A DNA stretch of 63,998 nt, filler included, from Rhabdomonas costata (Eukaryota), in assembly GCA_019059605.1 (NCBI GenBank). It is 32 parts of 32 records of this genome, joined end to end, with 100 filler letters (N's around TTAATTAATTAA, not from the genome) between each part and the next. Parts side by side here need not be neighbours in the genome. Positions count along the whole stretch, not along the records: positions 60,119 to 62,015 come from JAHMHO010007581.1; positions 62,116 to 63,998 come from JAHMHO010007634.1; 30 more parts are not named here. The stretch is one strand, 5' to 3'. The stretch's first letter is position 1. The number at the start of each line of letters is the position of its first letter. The notes beneath the pieces are model-generated. The model saw only the letters and a list, made by a program, of their open reading frames with translations. It was not told the origin of the DNA and did no database searches. The translations under genes and the position numbers were made by a program. Below, piece after piece: positions 62,001-63,998 of the stretch.

Positions 62001-62889
62001 CCCATACCCACAACCNNNNNNNNNNNNNNNNNNNNNNNNNNNNNNNNNNNNNNNNNNNNTTAATTAATTAANNNNNNNNNNNNNNNNNNNNNNNNNNNNN
62101 NNNNNNNNNNNNNNNGGTGGGTGGGGACACTCAAGCGCAGTTATCATTTCAAAAAGGCGGTCAGTTGTCATACAGGTTTTACACAGCGGGGGAAGACACA
62201 AATCTAACAGATGAGCGCGGGCAAACGCAGGAAACAAAAGACTGGATTCGAAGAAATGGGGAAACAAATTGGGGGGCCAAAACGGCCTGATGCAAAGTGA
62301 GGTGCATAAAACGGGCGCGGGAAAAAAAGTGGGGAGGCCGCAAGTCCCGCGCCAAGGTGCGGGCAGCGAGAAAAGGCCAAAGCCCACCACGGCAACGCAC
62401 GGGGATAACACCACACAAAAAGCTGGAAAGAGGAAGCAAGGAAAACGGGCACGCCAATGGATCGCACCAGATTTTACAAGGGGGGCTTCCGGCCGAAAAA
62501 CAATGCGCAGGTCGGCAGGCAAAACTTAAGCAATGGAGAACACGCCGGTGGTCATTCGACGGAAAAGCCTGCAGGCCGGCAGGGTGGAAGCGTGAATTGC
62601 CCTTTAGGCGTGCCGTGCTGCGGGGCGATTTCCTCCGCCGTTTCGTGTCTGCCACAGCCTAACTTTGAGTGTCCCCAGGACCGCTGATTTCTTACGACTG
62701 GCCGGCTTGCGCCGGCTTGCGCAGGAATCTGAGGTCCCCGCGGTCGGGGGGCGATGGTGTGTTGCGTGCAAGGCATTTTGGTTTGTAACCACACTTTTGA
62801 ATTCCATTCGAATGCAAATGCATGCATCCCAAGGCTTCGTCATCGGTATAATCCAGCGCATAGTACATCGGATGCTGCTGTAAACATCA

Positions 62890-63800
62890 AATTATTGCAC
62901 ATTGAAAAAATGGCAAGTTCTATCCTTACTTCCTCCTCTGGTCCAAATCCTGGCCTTGACAATACCACTTACGTATAACGATCCTCTTTTCGTCCATATA
63001 CAACAGCGTGTTCTTTCTCTTCTTCCGTCTCGCTGTGGGACCCAATATCCCTCTTTCTCATCTCCTGTCCTACGCTCCATCTCACATTGAAGTTAGCCTT
63101 TATTTTGATCACCTCTTCACCATCTTCCTTGGCTTTTGATAACACTTCCCCGAGTTCCAACACTCTGATCTATCCTTGCGTATCCACCGGGGTCTCCGGA
63201 AGATTCCGCCATAACACAGGGTGATATATATATATATACATATCATGCACCCATTCCTTTGGTGTGAAACTATTAAAGTCATGAACACTTGCTTCATCGT
63301 TTTATTAGTCCGCTCCGCTTGCCAATTTGTCTGGGAATGGTGCGGCGACAATGTTATCAAGTTCGAACACGTGATCAATACAACGGCTTTGGATCCTTGA
63401 TTGGCACGATATCGTTGATAGGCTATTCATTCCTTCCTTTTTGGCATTTTTACGTGGTCCATGGGAATGGTCGGATGATCTCACATGATGAAGGTCACGA
63501 AATGCAAGGCAATTAGCCCGGTGCCAAAGAACAGCACAACTGAAAGCAAGTGTTGTTCTCCGTGGTGCGAAATTTAAAGGTCACATTTGGAGAAACGCGG
63601 GATTCCCGGAGTTGTTCGGACCAGAGGTTGTGTGGAAACAGCCTCGCTGTTGCTGGCTGGTTTCCGCCCGCACGCTACCTTCAGGTCGGGTGACGGCAAA
63701 TTTGAAGGAGACAAGTTGGTACATCCGAGCCTTCGGATGAAGTGGGCGCGGCCGTTGATGAAGAGAGTAGGAAAAATGTCCCATTAACCGGACAATTCCC
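62890..63800 (-). mobile_element. Decayed Ty3/Gypsy LTR-retrotransposon integrase
   Basis: SPHHSQTNWQAERTNKTMKQV matches HPQTxGxxERxNxT. Upstream RPLHPKARMYQLVSFKF and a downstream FGP (GPY/F-like) are present, along with stops, frameshifts and a (TA)n insertion near 63223-63243. Confidence 0.65.
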
Positions 63801-63998
63801 GAAACGGGCGGCACCATCGATTTTTACGGCGCAGAGTTGGGTTTTTTCCCGCAGATTTTGGGGGAAGAGAGTCTTTTTGAACGGGGTCCCATGAACACTT
63901 GTGAAGATTGCGGGAAGGGTCCAGGGTTCAGTACGGAAGCACAAAGGGCCGAACCCAAGCTTCTAGGGGTGGGGCGCGGGCCACAGAAAAAAACAACA

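Noticed and set aside
1906..62115. Regularly spaced TTAATTAATTAA palindromes as a CRISPR-like or biological repeat array
   Set aside because: They are always embedded in N44 runs, so they are a synthetic six-frame-stop linker. ORFs ending in 'XXXLIN' are artefacts of it.
1..63998. Co-occurrence of cyclase, USP, F-box, ankyrin and helicase pieces as a gene cluster or defence system
   Set aside because: They are on different contigs ordered by length, so adjacency is arbitrary.

Overview
This window is not a contiguous locus. It is a pseudo-scaffold of 32 unrelated contigs of about 1.9 kb, joined by 31 identical 100-nt linkers (N44-TTAATTAATTAA-N44), so gene neighbourhood across linkers carries no biological meaning. 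The DNA is eukaryotic and intron-rich, with mostly GT-AG introns of 0.1-1.5 kb and short exons, so most entries in the ORF track are spurious. Hand-splicing recovers fragments of these genes: adenylyl-sulfate kinase, an amidase-signature enzyme, an LRR protein, a B-box protein, a DM10 (EFHC/Rib72) axonemal protein, a GH81 beta-1,3-glucanase, an Aha1-N protein, a Ran-binding-domain protein, a bacterial-type cupin-like protein, a CAF16/ABCI-type ATPase, four pieces of class III adenylate cyclase/receptor genes, an F-box protein, a USP deubiquitinase, ankyrin repeats, an SF1-helicase-like exon and a TTI1-like protein. There is also a decayed Ty3/Gypsy integrase and a possible kinase pseudogene. 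This gene set suggests a flagellated protist, plausibly a euglenid (inference only). Fold-back inverted repeats at four contig ends and G/T-skewed termini point to whole-genome-amplification and read-tail artefacts. I found no convincing multi-gene novel system. The best leads are an intron-bearing bacterial-type cupin, candidate GC-AG introns, very relaxed splice signals, an internal 47-bp palindrome, opposite-strand internal exons on one contig and one compositionally alien contig.
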